Assembly: GCA_023251875.1 (NCBI GenBank)
Contig: JAHEXY010000005.1
Coordinates: 251,008 to 315,007, forward strand
Direction of reading: 5' to 3'
Length of the DNA stretch: 64,000 nt
Source of the DNA: Bacteroidota bacterium
GTDB taxonomy: Bacteria > Bacteroidota > Bacteroidia > JAHEXY01
Translations under genes and position numbers: made by a program
Shown here: positions 30,094 through 41,333 of the stretch, piece by piece
Layout of the letters: the number at the start of each line of letters is the position of its first letter
Numbering within the stretch: the first letter of the stretch is position 1
Notes under the pieces: model-generated
The model's input: the letters and a program-made list of their open reading frames with translations, nothing else
The model's database searches: none
What the model was told of the DNA's origin: nothing

Positions 30094-31032
30094 GTGAAAA
30101 TACTTTTTGCTGATTACGTACATGCTTCTCTTGCTCATGAACTCCAAAAATGCGGACATGTGTGTGACAATTTTTCAAAAAAAAGTGCAGATGAAGTATT
30201 GACAGCTATTGGTCAATATGAAGGGATTATTATTAGAAGTAAAATTAAGCTCGACAAAAAAAATATTGATAAGGCTAATCAATTAAAATGGATTGCTCGC
30301 GTAGGAGCAGGCATGGAAAGCATTGATGTAGATTATGCAAAGTTAAAAGGAATAATTTGCCTGAATGCTCCCGAAGGAAACAGAAATGCAGTAGCAGAAC
30401 ATACTTTAGGCTTATTACTGTCTTTGTTTAATAATATTTGCAAGGCCAATAATGAAGTTAAAAGTGGTAAATGGTTGAGGCCCGAAAACAGAGGGATTGA
30501 ATTAAGTGGAAAAACAATTGGAATAATTGGTTGTGGAAATACAGGTTCTGCATTTGCACGTTGTTTAAGAGGTTTTGATGTAAGAATATTGGCTTATGAC
30601 AAATACAAACAAGGCATTTCCAACGAATTTATTAGGGGAGTTGATTTAGATATTTTATTTGACCAAGCCGATATAATAAGTTTGCACTTACCCTTAACGG
30701 ATGAAACACATCAAATGGTAAATACCAATTTTATCAATAAGTTTAAAAAAGATATTTATTTGTTGAACACTGCTAGAGGAAAAATAGTTTGTACTGATGA
30801 TCTTGTAAAAGCATTACAATCATGCAAAATTAAAGGAGCTGCATTAGATGTTTTGGAATATGAGGATATTTCTTTTCAGTCCATATACAATCAAGAACTT
30901 GCCCCTGCTTACCAATACCTATTAAACACTCCTAATGTTATTCTTACACCACACATTGCCGGTTGGACAAATGAAGCTGAAGAAAAAATGGCGTCTGTTT
31001 TATTTCAAAAAATCATCAAAATAGTTGGGTGA
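30094..31032 (+). CDS. D-isomer-specific 2-hydroxyacid dehydrogenase (phosphoglycerate dehydrogenase-like)
   Basis: GIIGCGNTG, ISLHLPL, NTARG, LDVLE and TPHIAG. Confidence 0.9.
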   Translation: MKILFADYVHASLAHELQKCGHVCDNFSKKSADEVLTAIGQYEGIIIRSKIKLDKKNIDKANQLKWIARVGAGMESIDVDYAKLKGIICLNAPEGNRNAVAEHTLGLLLSLFNNICKANNEVKSGKWLRPENRGIELSGKTIGIIGCGNTGSAFARCLRGFDVRILAYDKYKQGISNEFIRGVDLDILFDQADIISLHLPLTDETHQMVNTNFINKFKKDIYLLNTARGKIVCTDDLVKALQSCKIKGAALDVLEYEDISFQSIYNQELAPAYQYLLNTPNVILTPHIAGWTNEAEEKMASVLFQKIIKIVG

Positions 31033-31040
31033 TTTTTTTC

Positions 31041-31946
31041 CTAAAATGTCATGTAGTCTTCCGGATTTAAGGCATAGCCATTAAACCATAATTCGAAATG
31101 AAGATGTGGGCCTGTAGTAATTTCACCTGTATTACCAATAATCGCAATGGGTTCACCTGCTTTTACAATATCACCTTCTTGTTTTAACAAAACAGAATTG
31201 TGTTTGTAAAGAGAAAATAAATTGTTGCTGTGTTGTATGCAAATAAGGTAGCCCGTTTCTAAAGTCCATGTGGCAATAATTACGGTTCCATCTAAAACAG
31301 ATTTTATGGGTTCATTCTCGGGAGCAACAATATCAACGCCAAAATGTTTTTTCTTAGCATCGTAACTATCCGTAATAGTGCCATGAAGTGGTGAGAAAAA
31401 GAAAAATCCGCTTACACTGGATGCGTTTGCAGCATTATTGGCAGAGGGATTTTGAGTAATATTAAACATATCTTCTTGTTCTACTTCTGCCCTTAAAACG
31501 GAATCTTCTTTTGAAGAAGCATAGTGAATATTGCTCTTTATCTTTGCTACAGTATCTTTTGTTGTATTATCGGATAGTGTAGTATCATTACCTGCTATAA
31601 TACTAACAATGTTTTTAATATAGGTGTCTTTATTTGCCATTGAAGTTTGAAGAGAATCGGCCTTGTATTTTAATGCAATCATCTGTTTACGCATGGTTAC
31701 ATCTGCATAACCGGGTATGTATTCTCGCAAATCTGTAAAAGCAATTACACTTACAATAATGGCTACAAAAACTATTGTGCTTATCACAAAAGTCACAAAA
31801 ATATTCATGGGAGAAAGAATGAAAGAAGCCTTTTCTTCTAAAGTAGCATCGTTCATAATTACCATTCTGAACTTACTTTTAAAGGTTCGGTATAATTTTC
31901 GTTTTATGAGCTTTTTGTGATCCATCCTATTTTGTTGCCTTTGCAA
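31041..31946 (-). CDS. M23 family metallopeptidase
   Basis: HFGVD, YKHNS and TGPHLHFE; N-terminal TM helix followed by EYIPGY. Confidence 0.92.
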   Translation of the reverse strand: MQRQQNRMDHKKLIKRKLYRTFKSKFRMVIMNDATLEEKASFILSPMNIFVTFVISTIVFVAIIVSVIAFTDLREYIPGYADVTMRKQMIALKYKADSLQTSMANKDTYIKNIVSIIAGNDTTLSDNTTKDTVAKIKSNIHYASSKEDSVLRAEVEQEDMFNITQNPSANNAANASSVSGFFFFSPLHGTITDSYDAKKKHFGVDIVAPENEPIKSVLDGTVIIATWTLETGYLICIQHSNNLFSLYKHNSVLLKQEGDIVKAGEPIAIIGNTGEITTGPHLHFELWFNGYALNPEDYMTF

Positions 31947-31973
31947 ATATCGGAAATTAAATTTTGCGAAGAA

Positions 31974-34349
31974 CTACTCCCTTATCGTCATTTTCTTCTT
32001 CCGTTTTTCATTAAACAAAAGTAAGAGACCTAAAAGTAAAAGAATGGCAGATGCAATAGTGGCATACAAACGGTATTGATTCCATCTTTCTTGCTTCATT
32101 TTCTGAAGCATGGCTTCTTCATAAGTTTTATTGATTAAAGAGGTATTCATCATACCGGGAGTTCCTTTATTGTTATAGGCAATCCAGTTTTCCATATTGG
32201 TATTTGATAGTAAGGGATCTCTTAATGAAAGGGATTTTATTAAGGAATCTGCATTTGTAATATTTGAAACGTTATAGGTAAGAGAATCTATAAAATCTCC
32301 ATTTTTATCAAATAAGCGCAAATTGCCGTATTGCTTGTTTAATTCAAACGGAAAATTACCGATAGCATTAATAACATTTGGAAATACATTTTCAAAAGCA
32401 TCTACATTACTGCACAAAACAAGATATTGATTGGGTTGTAAAATTAAATTGCTAGGCAAAAGAAATGCATTATTGTCGGTATTACCTTTAAAGGTACAGC
32501 CCGATAAATCAATTTTTTTAGAAGAGGTATTTACGAGTTCAATCCAGTCACCTGCATCATTTTTTTTATGAGCATGAAATGCAATTTCATTGATACTTAC
32601 ACTATCGTATAATGGGCTTAAAGGAATGGCTTCGAAAATAGCAGTGATTGAAGTATCGCTATTAAAGCTTGCCATGCAAGATGCATTTTTATCATTTATG
32701 CCTTTCCATCTAACAAACCTGTAATTTGTTTTTGCAATGGCAGAAAATGGAATTGGGATATCATTAAAATATATTCCCATCCAAGGAAATTTATCAAGAA
32801 CAAGAGAATTGATTTTGACATTTCCTCCTTCTGTTGCATCAAGAGTGAGGGTAAGCGTATCGTTTAAATGAAAAAAATCAAGCATTTGTTTTCTAATATA
32901 CATTGGCCGATGCACCGCAAAATCATTCATGATATCAATATGTTTTTGCCAGCGCGATAAAGTCCATCCCCACTTTTTTTGATGGCGATCCATTTCCGGT
33001 TCTAATAAGGCTTTGAAATAAGTAATTCTATTTAAAACCGTATCCGGGTAAAAAATAGAATTCAAATTGTCACACATTTGATTGATAAAAGCAATTTTGT
33101 ATGCATCACTTTCAAACATTTTACGCAATAAAAAAGTCGACCATGGAGGATTAGGCCAATTGGGTCCCTTAGGATCGGTGCAAAATTTAAAGGAATTTTC
33201 TGTATAAGCTTCTTTATTAAAACGCCCATAGCCCAAATCAACATCATACATAATCCAACGCCATTTTGATGTATCGGCAAAACTTTTCCAACAACGTGTA
33301 TTGCCACCTGCATCACGGTTTTGAAAATAGACTTGCGCTACACTAAATTTTAAATAATTATTCCAATCCATTAAGGTTTTAACATGGGCAAAATTTGAAG
33401 AATCATGTAAGTCGTGTTTCTTTAAATAATCCAGCAATACATTATAACTTTTTAAAGTACCGCATTTAGGGATGTTATTTTTTTCGATCATGTCTAGGCT
33501 GTCTTTATCAACATGATGATTTTCGGCAATGAAATATTCATCTACTTTTTCTCGAATAAAATAAATGCCCCAATATTGTCCGTTTAAAAATACAACGGCA
33601 GGTCTGTAAGCTTGTATGTCAATACCACTGTTTTTCATCATACCAATCATAAACTCATCTCTAAAATGAGAACCATCGCAATCGCTTCCTCCATTACGCA
33701 ATGCAATACGTTTGTATTTTTTTATCGGTTTATCCGGAAATATAGGATATTTCATATACGCATCACCGTATTCTTCTTTGGCATACAGCTTAAATGATTT
33801 TTGAGGAAATGTTCTGCTCCATCCTCCAAATATTCTTATTCCTATGTCTTGACTAAATCCTAATACACTGTTGGTATCCCAAAACTCAACATGTCCTCGT
33901 TTTTCCCAATTTTTCCAATAATTAGCACCGTAGTGCGGATGTTTGGCACTTGCATGCGGCCCTTCAACATAAATTCCTGTTTTCTCATCCCATAAATCTT
34001 CAGGATTAAGGCTTAGTGAAACAACCGCATAAGGAAAATGTTCATGAATGAGATAACTTGCAGTTGCAGTATTGCTGGCCAAATAATCTTTTTTAAAAGC
34101 TTTGGCTCTTATAACCTGAGAAGTGTCTATTGTAATAGCCCTCTTGTACTCTTTCGATTTTTGTGAGGGTTCAGATCCGTCTGTAGTATAATAGATAGTA
34201 ACGTTTGCAGTATTTTCGGTAATGTTTAATTCTATTTTAGTAGTATACAAACCAGCAGGATATGAGAATGAAGGGGGCTCCAGTTTGTTTTTCTGAGCCC
34301 AAGCCGTATTGCATATTAAAATAAAAATAATGAGAGTAGAATACCTCAT
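31974..34349 (-). CDS. CotH kinase family protein with chitobiase-type Ig and lamin-tail domains and a C-terminal TM anchor
   Basis: YYTTDGSEP; RIFGGWSR...KSFK; NGQYWGIY; WRWIMYDVD; INEI...DWIEL. Confidence 0.85.
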   Translation of the reverse strand: MRYSTLIIFILICNTAWAQKNKLEPPSFSYPAGLYTTKIELNITENTANVTIYYTTDGSEPSQKSKEYKRAITIDTSQVIRAKAFKKDYLASNTATASYLIHEHFPYAVVSLSLNPEDLWDEKTGIYVEGPHASAKHPHYGANYWKNWEKRGHVEFWDTNSVLGFSQDIGIRIFGGWSRTFPQKSFKLYAKEEYGDAYMKYPIFPDKPIKKYKRIALRNGGSDCDGSHFRDEFMIGMMKNSGIDIQAYRPAVVFLNGQYWGIYFIREKVDEYFIAENHHVDKDSLDMIEKNNIPKCGTLKSYNVLLDYLKKHDLHDSSNFAHVKTLMDWNNYLKFSVAQVYFQNRDAGGNTRCWKSFADTSKWRWIMYDVDLGYGRFNKEAYTENSFKFCTDPKGPNWPNPPWSTFLLRKMFESDAYKIAFINQMCDNLNSIFYPDTVLNRITYFKALLEPEMDRHQKKWGWTLSRWQKHIDIMNDFAVHRPMYIRKQMLDFFHLNDTLTLTLDATEGGNVKINSLVLDKFPWMGIYFNDIPIPFSAIAKTNYRFVRWKGINDKNASCMASFNSDTSITAIFEAIPLSPLYDSVSINEIAFHAHKKNDAGDWIELVNTSSKKIDLSGCTFKGNTDNNAFLLPSNLILQPNQYLVLCSNVDAFENVFPNVINAIGNFPFELNKQYGNLRLFDKNGDFIDSLTYNVSNITNADSLIKSLSLRDPLLSNTNMENWIAYNNKGTPGMMNTSLINKTYEEAMLQKMKQERWNQYRLYATIASAILLLLGLLLLFNEKRKKKMTIRE

Positions 34350-34475
34350 TTATATAGAATTATTGCTAAAAGTAAATCAAAAGCCTAAACTATCAAAACT
34401 ACACACATTTCTAAATATTTTAAATGTGTGGCACTATTATTGCTAATTTTGAGGGTCAAATTTAAATTTTTAACC

Positions 34476-35012
34476 ATGAAGAAAGTATTCTTTTTTATTG
34501 GCGCAATTGCAACATTTGCGGCCTGCTCACCAAAAGTACCATTTACAGAAGCGATTCGTCAAAATTACAACCTAACTACTGATGAAATAAAACAGATTCA
34601 GTTTTATACCAGTGGCGATATTGTTTTGGTAAGAGGTACAAAAGAAAATGATAAAGATACTTACAATCATACCTTAACAGTAACGCAAGGTAAGCGTGTT
34701 GAAGAAGTTGATATCCCTAAAGGAACACCAGGCTTGGCTGAAATTGTAAACGATCATTCCATAAAAGTAAGCTTTGAAAATGGTTCAGGAAAAAGTATAA
34801 CATTTGGTGTAAAAATGAACAGCGATAGCACCTATAAATTTATTGCTGAAGAATGGAAAGACGATAAAGGAAAAATATTGTATGATGGCCGTACTTTTTT
34901 TGCTTTAAAAGGTGCAGAAAATGTGCAACTGCTTTTTAAGCTTAAAAGCCTGGATAAAAATACTACTAAACGCAGAGTTGTGGGAGGGAAAAGTTATAAT
35001 ATCTTATATTAG
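34476..35012 (+). CDS. Hypothetical lipoprotein
   Basis: Start moved to ATG 34476 (MKKVFF...FAAC lipobox), with TAATTTTG at 34444. Confidence 0.65.
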   Translation: MKKVFFFIGAIATFAACSPKVPFTEAIRQNYNLTTDEIKQIQFYTSGDIVLVRGTKENDKDTYNHTLTVTQGKRVEEVDIPKGTPGLAEIVNDHSIKVSFENGSGKSITFGVKMNSDSTYKFIAEEWKDDKGKILYDGRTFFALKGAENVQLLFKLKSLDKNTTKRRVVGGKSYNILY

Positions 35013-35035
35013 TAATTTATAATTGCTAATGTATT

Positions 35036-35434
35036 ATGGATAAAAAATTCCTTTCCTCAGCTGCCATTTTAGGAGCCTTAAGTGTAATCTTTGGCGCCTT
35101 TGGTGCACATGCCCTTAAAGCCAGATTAGAACCAGATCAGCTTCAAATTTTTGAAACGGGAGTGCGATATCAAATGTATACTGCTTTAGCAATGTTAGGT
35201 TTGGCTGGTTTTTCAGAAAAACTTTCATGTAAATATTTAAACTATACCTTTTGGTGTTTCTTAGTGGGTATCAGTTTTTTCTCCGGATCTATTTATTTAC
35301 TTTCTATGCGCACAATATTGGGCATTGAAAATCTTACTTCAATTTTAGGCCCCATTACCCCAATGGGAGGTTTGCTTTTAATTTTAGGATGGGTATTTAT
35401 TTTTATCTCCACATTCAAATTAAAATCCAATTAA
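35036..35434 (+). CDS. DUF423 membrane protein
   Basis: GAFGAH, FETGVRYQMY, FSGSIY and GPITPMGG. Confidence 0.9.
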   Translation: MDKKFLSSAAILGALSVIFGAFGAHALKARLEPDQLQIFETGVRYQMYTALAMLGLAGFSEKLSCKYLNYTFWCFLVGISFFSGSIYLLSMRTILGIENLTSILGPITPMGGLLLILGWVFIFISTFKLKSN

Positions 35435-35725
35435 AAAGGCCTTATAAATACATTTTTTGTTTACTTTATGTTTTAATTGTAATTAATTGATAATTATCAT
35501 TTTAAATATATTTTAATTCTTCAAATTTTAATAAATAGCATTATTTTTTGTTAAAATAGTCTTTTATTCAAATCGTGTTTACTGTTACTTTTCGTATGTA
35601 TATAATTTGATTTTTAAGTGTCATATGGTATACGCCATGTTCATGTACTCATGTTTGAGTGCGTTTGGTGCATGGCTATTTCACTAATATATTTGTTTCA
35701 CTCTTTCAACCTCTCATCTCTGCGC

Positions 35726-37246
35726 ATGAATCACAACTACGAAAATTACGTAAAACATTTACAAAAGATATCGGATTTAAACCATTCAGGGGCTGTATTA
35801 ACGTGGGACCAAGAGGTGAATATGCCTGAGAAAGGCGCACAATTTAGAGCTCGACAATTGGCTACTTTAGCGGGGATTTCGCATGAAATGTTTACTTCGG
35901 AAGATTTTGGAATGCTCTTACAAAAGCTTAGCATAGATCAGACTCTTACTTTTGAAGAATCAAAAAATGTAGAAGAATCGTATCGAATTTATAAACGTGA
36001 TAAAAAATTCTCTATTCAGTTTATAGAAGAAAGGAGTATTGCCATTTCTAATGCTTTTACGGCTTGGGCCAATGCAAAAGAAGAAAGCAATTTTAGTTTA
36101 TTTGAACCCTATCTTAAAAAAGTTGTTGAAAATGTTCGTCAAGAAAGTATCATTATAGGTTTTGAGAATCATCCTTATGATGCCATGCTCGAGCTTTATG
36201 AGCCGGGAATGACAACCAAAGAATTGGATCAAATTTTTGAACAAGCCAAAGCCAAATTGATTCCACTTTTACAAAAAATAAAGCAAGCCAAGCAAGTTGA
36301 TGATAGCTTTATGTATAAGCAATACGATACAGAAAAGCAATGGAATTTTGGTCTCGATTTATTAAAGCAAATGCATTATGATTTTGATGCCGGCCGACAG
36401 GATATTTCTTCACATCCCTTTACCATTAATTTTAATCCTTTAGATGTAAGAATTACTACTAGAATTAATGAAAAGGATTTAGCCGAGATGCTTTGGAGCA
36501 CTGTTCATGAATGTGGTCATGCTTTGTATGAACAAGGATTAAAAGTAGAAAATTATGGTTTGCCCTCTGGGGAAGCTACTTCTTTGGCTATGCATGAGTC
36601 TCAATCGAGATTATGGGAAAACAATGTGGGTAGAAGCTATGCCTATTGGAAATGTAATTATGCTGCATTGCATGAAATTTTTCCTAAAAATTTATTGATG
36701 ATTACTGTAAAAGATTTTTACAAAGCCATGAATAAAGTACAAGCATCTTTAATTAGAACCAGTGCCGATGAATTAACCTATCATTTTCATGTTATTATTA
36801 GATACGAGATAGAAAAAGATTTAATTGCCGGTAATATTCAAGTGGCAGATTTACCTGCTGTTTGGAATAAAAAATACAAAGATTATTTAGGTGTTGATGT
36901 GCCAAATGATCGTGAAGGAGTATTGCAAGATGTACATTGGTCGCACGGAAGTTTTGGTTATTTTCCAACCTATTCTTTGGGCAGTTTTTATGCGGTTCAG
37001 TTTTTTAATAAAGCCAATCAAGAAATAGAAAATTTAGAAGGTCATATATCAAAGGGCAATATGCTCCCTTTATTAAATTGGTTAAGAACCAATGTGCATT
37101 GCTATGGAAAAACCTATTCTGCATCTGAATTATGCGAGAAAATTACCGGTGAAAAATTAAATATTGACCATTTCATTAATTACGCATATAAAAAGTATTC
37201 TGAAATTTATGAATTGAGCTCTCAATACGAGCCAATAAGTTCATAA
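35726..37246 (+). CDS. Carboxypeptidase M32 (Taq-like)
   Basis: HPF, HECGHALYEQ, HESQSR, IRTSADE and QDVHW; start moved to ATG 35726, downstream of TATATTTG at 35688. Confidence 0.93.
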   Translation: MNHNYENYVKHLQKISDLNHSGAVLTWDQEVNMPEKGAQFRARQLATLAGISHEMFTSEDFGMLLQKLSIDQTLTFEESKNVEESYRIYKRDKKFSIQFIEERSIAISNAFTAWANAKEESNFSLFEPYLKKVVENVRQESIIIGFENHPYDAMLELYEPGMTTKELDQIFEQAKAKLIPLLQKIKQAKQVDDSFMYKQYDTEKQWNFGLDLLKQMHYDFDAGRQDISSHPFTINFNPLDVRITTRINEKDLAEMLWSTVHECGHALYEQGLKVENYGLPSGEATSLAMHESQSRLWENNVGRSYAYWKCNYAALHEIFPKNLLMITVKDFYKAMNKVQASLIRTSADELTYHFHVIIRYEIEKDLIAGNIQVADLPAVWNKKYKDYLGVDVPNDREGVLQDVHWSHGSFGYFPTYSLGSFYAVQFFNKANQEIENLEGHISKGNMLPLLNWLRTNVHCYGKTYSASELCEKITGEKLNIDHFINYAYKKYSEIYELSSQYEPISS

Positions 37247-37284
37247 ATTCTCCTCTCCATTATTGTTTTTGCCTGAAAGAGTGT

Positions 37285-37292
37285 TACCTTTG
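37285..37292 (+). promoter_or_regulatory. -7 promoter element for pckA
   Basis: TACCTTTG. Confidence 0.55.
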
Positions 37293-37390
37293 TGCCTCTT
37301 ACTGAAACCATACTTTCAATAAGGTATCCCCAAATTGAAGATATTGTTTGAAGTAATCACTCTTTATTTACCCATTAAAAACTTCATTGT

Positions 37391-39010
37391 ATGAATAATG
37401 AATTTGGACTTAGATCAAAAAATGCTACTATTTCAACATTAGGGCTTAGCTATGTATCTGCAGCTCACTGGAATTTACCTCTTGCGGAATTAATTGAAGA
37501 AACCATTATTAGAGGAGAAGGTCTTTTAACCGATACCGGTGCTATTGCTATAGATACAGGTGAATTTACCGGCCGTGCTCCAAAAGACAAATTTACGGTT
37601 GTTGATGAAAATACAAAGGATAATGTTTGGTGGGAAAAACACAATTTTAAATTTGATGCTCAAAAATTTGATGCTTTATATAACCGAGTAACAGCTTACC
37701 TTTCAGGTAAAGATGTGTACGTGCGAGATGCCTACGCATGTGCAGATAACCAATATAGGTTAAACTTAAGAGTTGTAACAGAAAGCCCTTGGGCCAATTT
37801 GTTTGCTTACAACATGTTTTTACGCCCAACAAGAGAAGAAATTCTAGCTGGATTTAATCCTGAATGGACTGTAGTTTGTGCACCAGGCTTTAATGCCGAT
37901 CCTAAAGTAGACGGAACGCGCCAACATAATTTTGCAATTTTAAATTTTACGCGAAAAATAATTTTAATTGGAGGAACCGGTTATACAGGCGAAATTAAAA
38001 AAGGAATTTTTACGGTGTTGAATTATTTATTGCCATTGGAAAAAAATGTGCTTTCGATGCATTGTTCAGCCAATGTGGGTAAAGATGGAGATACTGCCAT
38101 TTTCTTTGGACTTTCTGGAACAGGGAAAACGACCCTTTCTGCCGATGAAAACAGAAAATTAATTGGTGATGATGAGCATGGGTGGTCAGAAACCGGTGTA
38201 TTTAATTTTGAAGGTGGTTGCTATGCCAAGTGCATTGATTTAACCAAAGAAAAAGAGCCACAAATTTTCGATGCCATTAAATTTGGTGCATTACTCGAAA
38301 ATATTGAATTCTATCCAGGCACTACAACAGTTGATTATAGCAATACCAACAAAACAGAAAATACAAGAGTAAGTTATCCTATTCATCATATTGATAATAT
38401 TGTTACCCCTTCGGTAGGCCCACATCCTAAAAATATCTTCTTTTTAACTTGTGATGCATATGGTATTTTGCCTCCGGTATCTCAATTAACTGCAGGTCAA
38501 GCCATGTATCATTTTATTTCGGGCTATACTGCAAAAGTTGCAGGTACAGAAGCAGGGATTACTGAGCCACAAACTGTATTTTCAGCTTGTTTTGGAGCAC
38601 CATTTTTACCGCTTCATCCAACTAAATATGCTGAAATGTTGGGCAAGAAAATGAAAAAGCACAATGTAAAAGTATGGTTGATTAACACAGGTTGGTCGGG
38701 TGGAGCATATGGAGTAGGAGAAAGGATGAAATTAAAACATACGCGTACCATGATTACTGCTGCTTTAACCGGAGCTTTAGATAAAGTAGAATATAAAAAT
38801 GATCCTGTATTTGGTTTAGCTATTCCAACAGCAGTTGCTGATGTGCCAGCAGAAATTTTATGGCCACGCAATACTTGGAAAGATAAAAATGCATACGATC
38901 AAAAAGCAAATGAATTAGCTGAAAAATTTGTAAAAAACTTTGAAGCTTATGCAAGTTTTGCTAACGCAGAAATTATGGCAGGAGCTCCAAAGGTTGCTGT
39001 GAATGCATAA
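37391..39010 (+). CDS. pckA: Phosphoenolpyruvate carboxykinase (ATP)
   Basis: GLSGTGKTTLS, LIGDDEHGW, FNFEGGCYAK and TENTR. Confidence 0.98.
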   Translation: MNNEFGLRSKNATISTLGLSYVSAAHWNLPLAELIEETIIRGEGLLTDTGAIAIDTGEFTGRAPKDKFTVVDENTKDNVWWEKHNFKFDAQKFDALYNRVTAYLSGKDVYVRDAYACADNQYRLNLRVVTESPWANLFAYNMFLRPTREEILAGFNPEWTVVCAPGFNADPKVDGTRQHNFAILNFTRKIILIGGTGYTGEIKKGIFTVLNYLLPLEKNVLSMHCSANVGKDGDTAIFFGLSGTGKTTLSADENRKLIGDDEHGWSETGVFNFEGGCYAKCIDLTKEKEPQIFDAIKFGALLENIEFYPGTTTVDYSNTNKTENTRVSYPIHHIDNIVTPSVGPHPKNIFFLTCDAYGILPPVSQLTAGQAMYHFISGYTAKVAGTEAGITEPQTVFSACFGAPFLPLHPTKYAEMLGKKMKKHNVKVWLINTGWSGGAYGVGERMKLKHTRTMITAALTGALDKVEYKNDPVFGLAIPTAVADVPAEILWPRNTWKDKNAYDQKANELAEKFVKNFEAYASFANAEIMAGAPKVAVNA

Positions 39011-39049
39011 AATGATTAGCTAATGAGACAATTAGCTGATGAAATAAAT

Positions 39050-39086
39050 AAAATCCTTCTTCAAGAAATTGAGGAAGGATTTTTTT
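39050..39086 (+). terminator. Rho-independent terminator
   Basis: aaaatccttcttcaa...ttgaggaaggattttttt. Confidence 0.8.
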
Positions 39087-39130
39087 ATATTTTGTTTTAG
39101 TAAAAATTAGCATTCTAATTATAGAGACAA

Positions 39131-39877
39131 TTGATAAACGGCAAAAAAATAGTAGTTGTACTTCCCGCTTATAATGCCGGTAATACCTTAGAAAAAACAT
39201 ACAATGAAATACCCTTTGATATAGTGGATGAAGTTATTTTGGTAGATGATCATAGTGCCGATCAAACGTATGATATTGCTAAAAAAATAGGAATAAAAAA
39301 TGTTATCCGCCATGAAAAAAATTTAGGATATGGGGGTAATCAAAAAACATGTTACAATAAAGCCTTAGAATTAAAGGCTGATATTGTTGTGATGTTGCAT
39401 CCCGATTACCAATACACTCCTAAACTGATGAGCTCTATGTGCTATTTAATTGCCAATGGTGTTTACCCGGTTGTTTTGGGTTCACGAATATTAGGTAATG
39501 GAGCAATAAAAGGTGGTATGCCCTATTACAAATATGTATTCAATCGCATATTAACATTGATTCAAAATATTTTGATGAATCAAAAACTATCGGAATATCA
39601 TACCGGTTATCGTGCTTTTTCTGCTGATGTTGTTAAAAGTATTGCCTATATGAATAATTCAGATGATTTTGTTTTCGACAACCAAATGCTTGCTCAAATT
39701 TGTTATAATAATTTTCAAATTGCAGAAATAACATGTCCTACAAAATATTTTGAAGATGCATCTTCCATTAATTTTAATAGAAGTATTACCTATGGTTTAG
39801 GGGTTGTGCGAACATCTCTACAATATTTTCTTGCAAAAAAAATGGGATTAAAAAATAAAATATTTGAAAAGCCATAA
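39131..39877 (+). CDS. GT2 polyprenol-phosphate glycosyltransferase (DPM-like)
   Basis: VLPAYN, LVDDHS, NLGYGGNQK, HPDYQY and HTGYRAF. Confidence 0.9.
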   Translation: MINGKKIVVVLPAYNAGNTLEKTYNEIPFDIVDEVILVDDHSADQTYDIAKKIGIKNVIRHEKNLGYGGNQKTCYNKALELKADIVVMLHPDYQYTPKLMSSMCYLIANGVYPVVLGSRILGNGAIKGGMPYYKYVFNRILTLIQNILMNQKLSEYHTGYRAFSADVVKSIAYMNNSDDFVFDNQMLAQICYNNFQIAEITCPTKYFEDASSINFNRSITYGLGVVRTSLQYFLAKKMGLKNKIFEKP

Positions 39878-39885
39878 ACTCAAAA

Positions 39886-41304
39886 ATGAAACTAAATTTT
39901 AAAAATAACCTCACACTTATTTTAGGCCTCATTTTTGTTTCTCTATTGGTTTTAAGCAATAGTAATAACTTTTTCTTTTGGGATACTGTTCAGCTTGCAT
40001 CAAAACATGCTAATTTTTATTTGTCCACAAATTTTTCAACTCTTTTACTCCCCAGTGAAATTGATAGCGGTCATATTCCTACGTTTGGATTTTATTTAGC
40101 ATTGGTTTGGAAATTATTTGGGAAAACTTTATGGGTAAGTCATTTGGCTATTTTGCCTTTTGCTTTGGGTATTGTGGTTCAATTATACAAATTAATTGAA
40201 AAATTTATCCCCAATAAATATTGTTTTTTTGCATTCTTTTTAGTCTTAATTGATCCCACTCTTTTATGTCAAATAACTTTAGTTTCTCCTGATGTTCCCT
40301 TGGTATTTTTCTTTTTGTTGGGAGTAAATGCTGCATTAAATAGAAATAGATTCATGATTCTACTCGCTACTGTTTTTCTATTTCTTACCAGTATGCGAGG
40401 CATGATGGTTTCACTTTGTATTTTATGTCTTGATTCCTATATGAATATTTCTATTGTTGATAATATAAAAAAAATAGTTTTTGATTTTATAAAGAGAAGT
40501 TTTACTTACCTGCCTGCTTTTTTAATTTTTGTTTCATTTAGCGCATATCATTACCATCAAAAAGGTTGGATAGGTTTTCACAAAGATTCACCTTGGGCAG
40601 CCTGTTTTGAACCTGTTGGTTTAAGTGGAGTCATTCGCAATATTGGAATTTTAGGATGGCGCATACTTGATTTTGGCAGAGTTGGAATTTGGTTGGTGTT
40701 TTTTATTCTTGCTTTCATTTATAGAAAACAAATATTCAAAAATGAAAAAAAACGATTACTCTTATTCTTTTTTAGTTGCACGCTTGTATTGCTACCTGCC
40801 AATATGTTATGGGCAAAAAATTTAATTGCACACAGGTATTTAATGCCCATTTATTTATCATTTTCTCTTTTATGTGCCACTCTTTTATTTTCAGATTATG
40901 TAAAAGAAAAATTGAAATATATTTTAATGATTACTTGGGCTGTAATCATTATTTTAGGTAATTTCTGGATTTATCCGAATGGAATTTCTCAAGGATGGGA
41001 TTCAACACTTGCTCATTTACCCTATTACAATCTTAGGCACAATGCAATTGCATATTTAAATAATAAAAGAATAGACATTACCCAAGTTGCATCATTTTTT
41101 CCAAATGATTCTAAAATAGATTTAATAGATTTAAATGGAGATGAAAGATGCTTTTCAAAGTTTGATGGAAACAATCAATATGTGTTTTATTCAAATATTT
41201 ATAATGTGGGTGACGATGTATTGAATGAACTTAGTCAGAATTATAATGAGGTTCAGCAATTCAATAAGAATGGAGTTTTTATCCGGATTTTGGAAAGGAA
41301 ATAA
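39886..41304 (+). CDS. Polytopic membrane protein, likely a GT-C (ArnT/PMT-like) glycosyltransferase
   Basis: FFWD...DSGHIP loop, many TM helices and RYLMP; co-oriented with the GT2. Confidence 0.65.
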   Translation: MKLNFKNNLTLILGLIFVSLLVLSNSNNFFFWDTVQLASKHANFYLSTNFSTLLLPSEIDSGHIPTFGFYLALVWKLFGKTLWVSHLAILPFALGIVVQLYKLIEKFIPNKYCFFAFFLVLIDPTLLCQITLVSPDVPLVFFFLLGVNAALNRNRFMILLATVFLFLTSMRGMMVSLCILCLDSYMNISIVDNIKKIVFDFIKRSFTYLPAFLIFVSFSAYHYHQKGWIGFHKDSPWAACFEPVGLSGVIRNIGILGWRILDFGRVGIWLVFFILAFIYRKQIFKNEKKRLLLFFFSCTLVLLPANMLWAKNLIAHRYLMPIYLSFSLLCATLLFSDYVKEKLKYILMITWAVIIILGNFWIYPNGISQGWDSTLAHLPYYNLRHNAIAYLNNKRIDITQVASFFPNDSKIDLIDLNGDERCFSKFDGNNQYVFYSNIYNVGDDVLNELSQNYNEVQQFNKNGVFIRILERK

Positions 41305-41333
41305 AATTTTTAGTAAGGCTACTGTTAGTAAGG

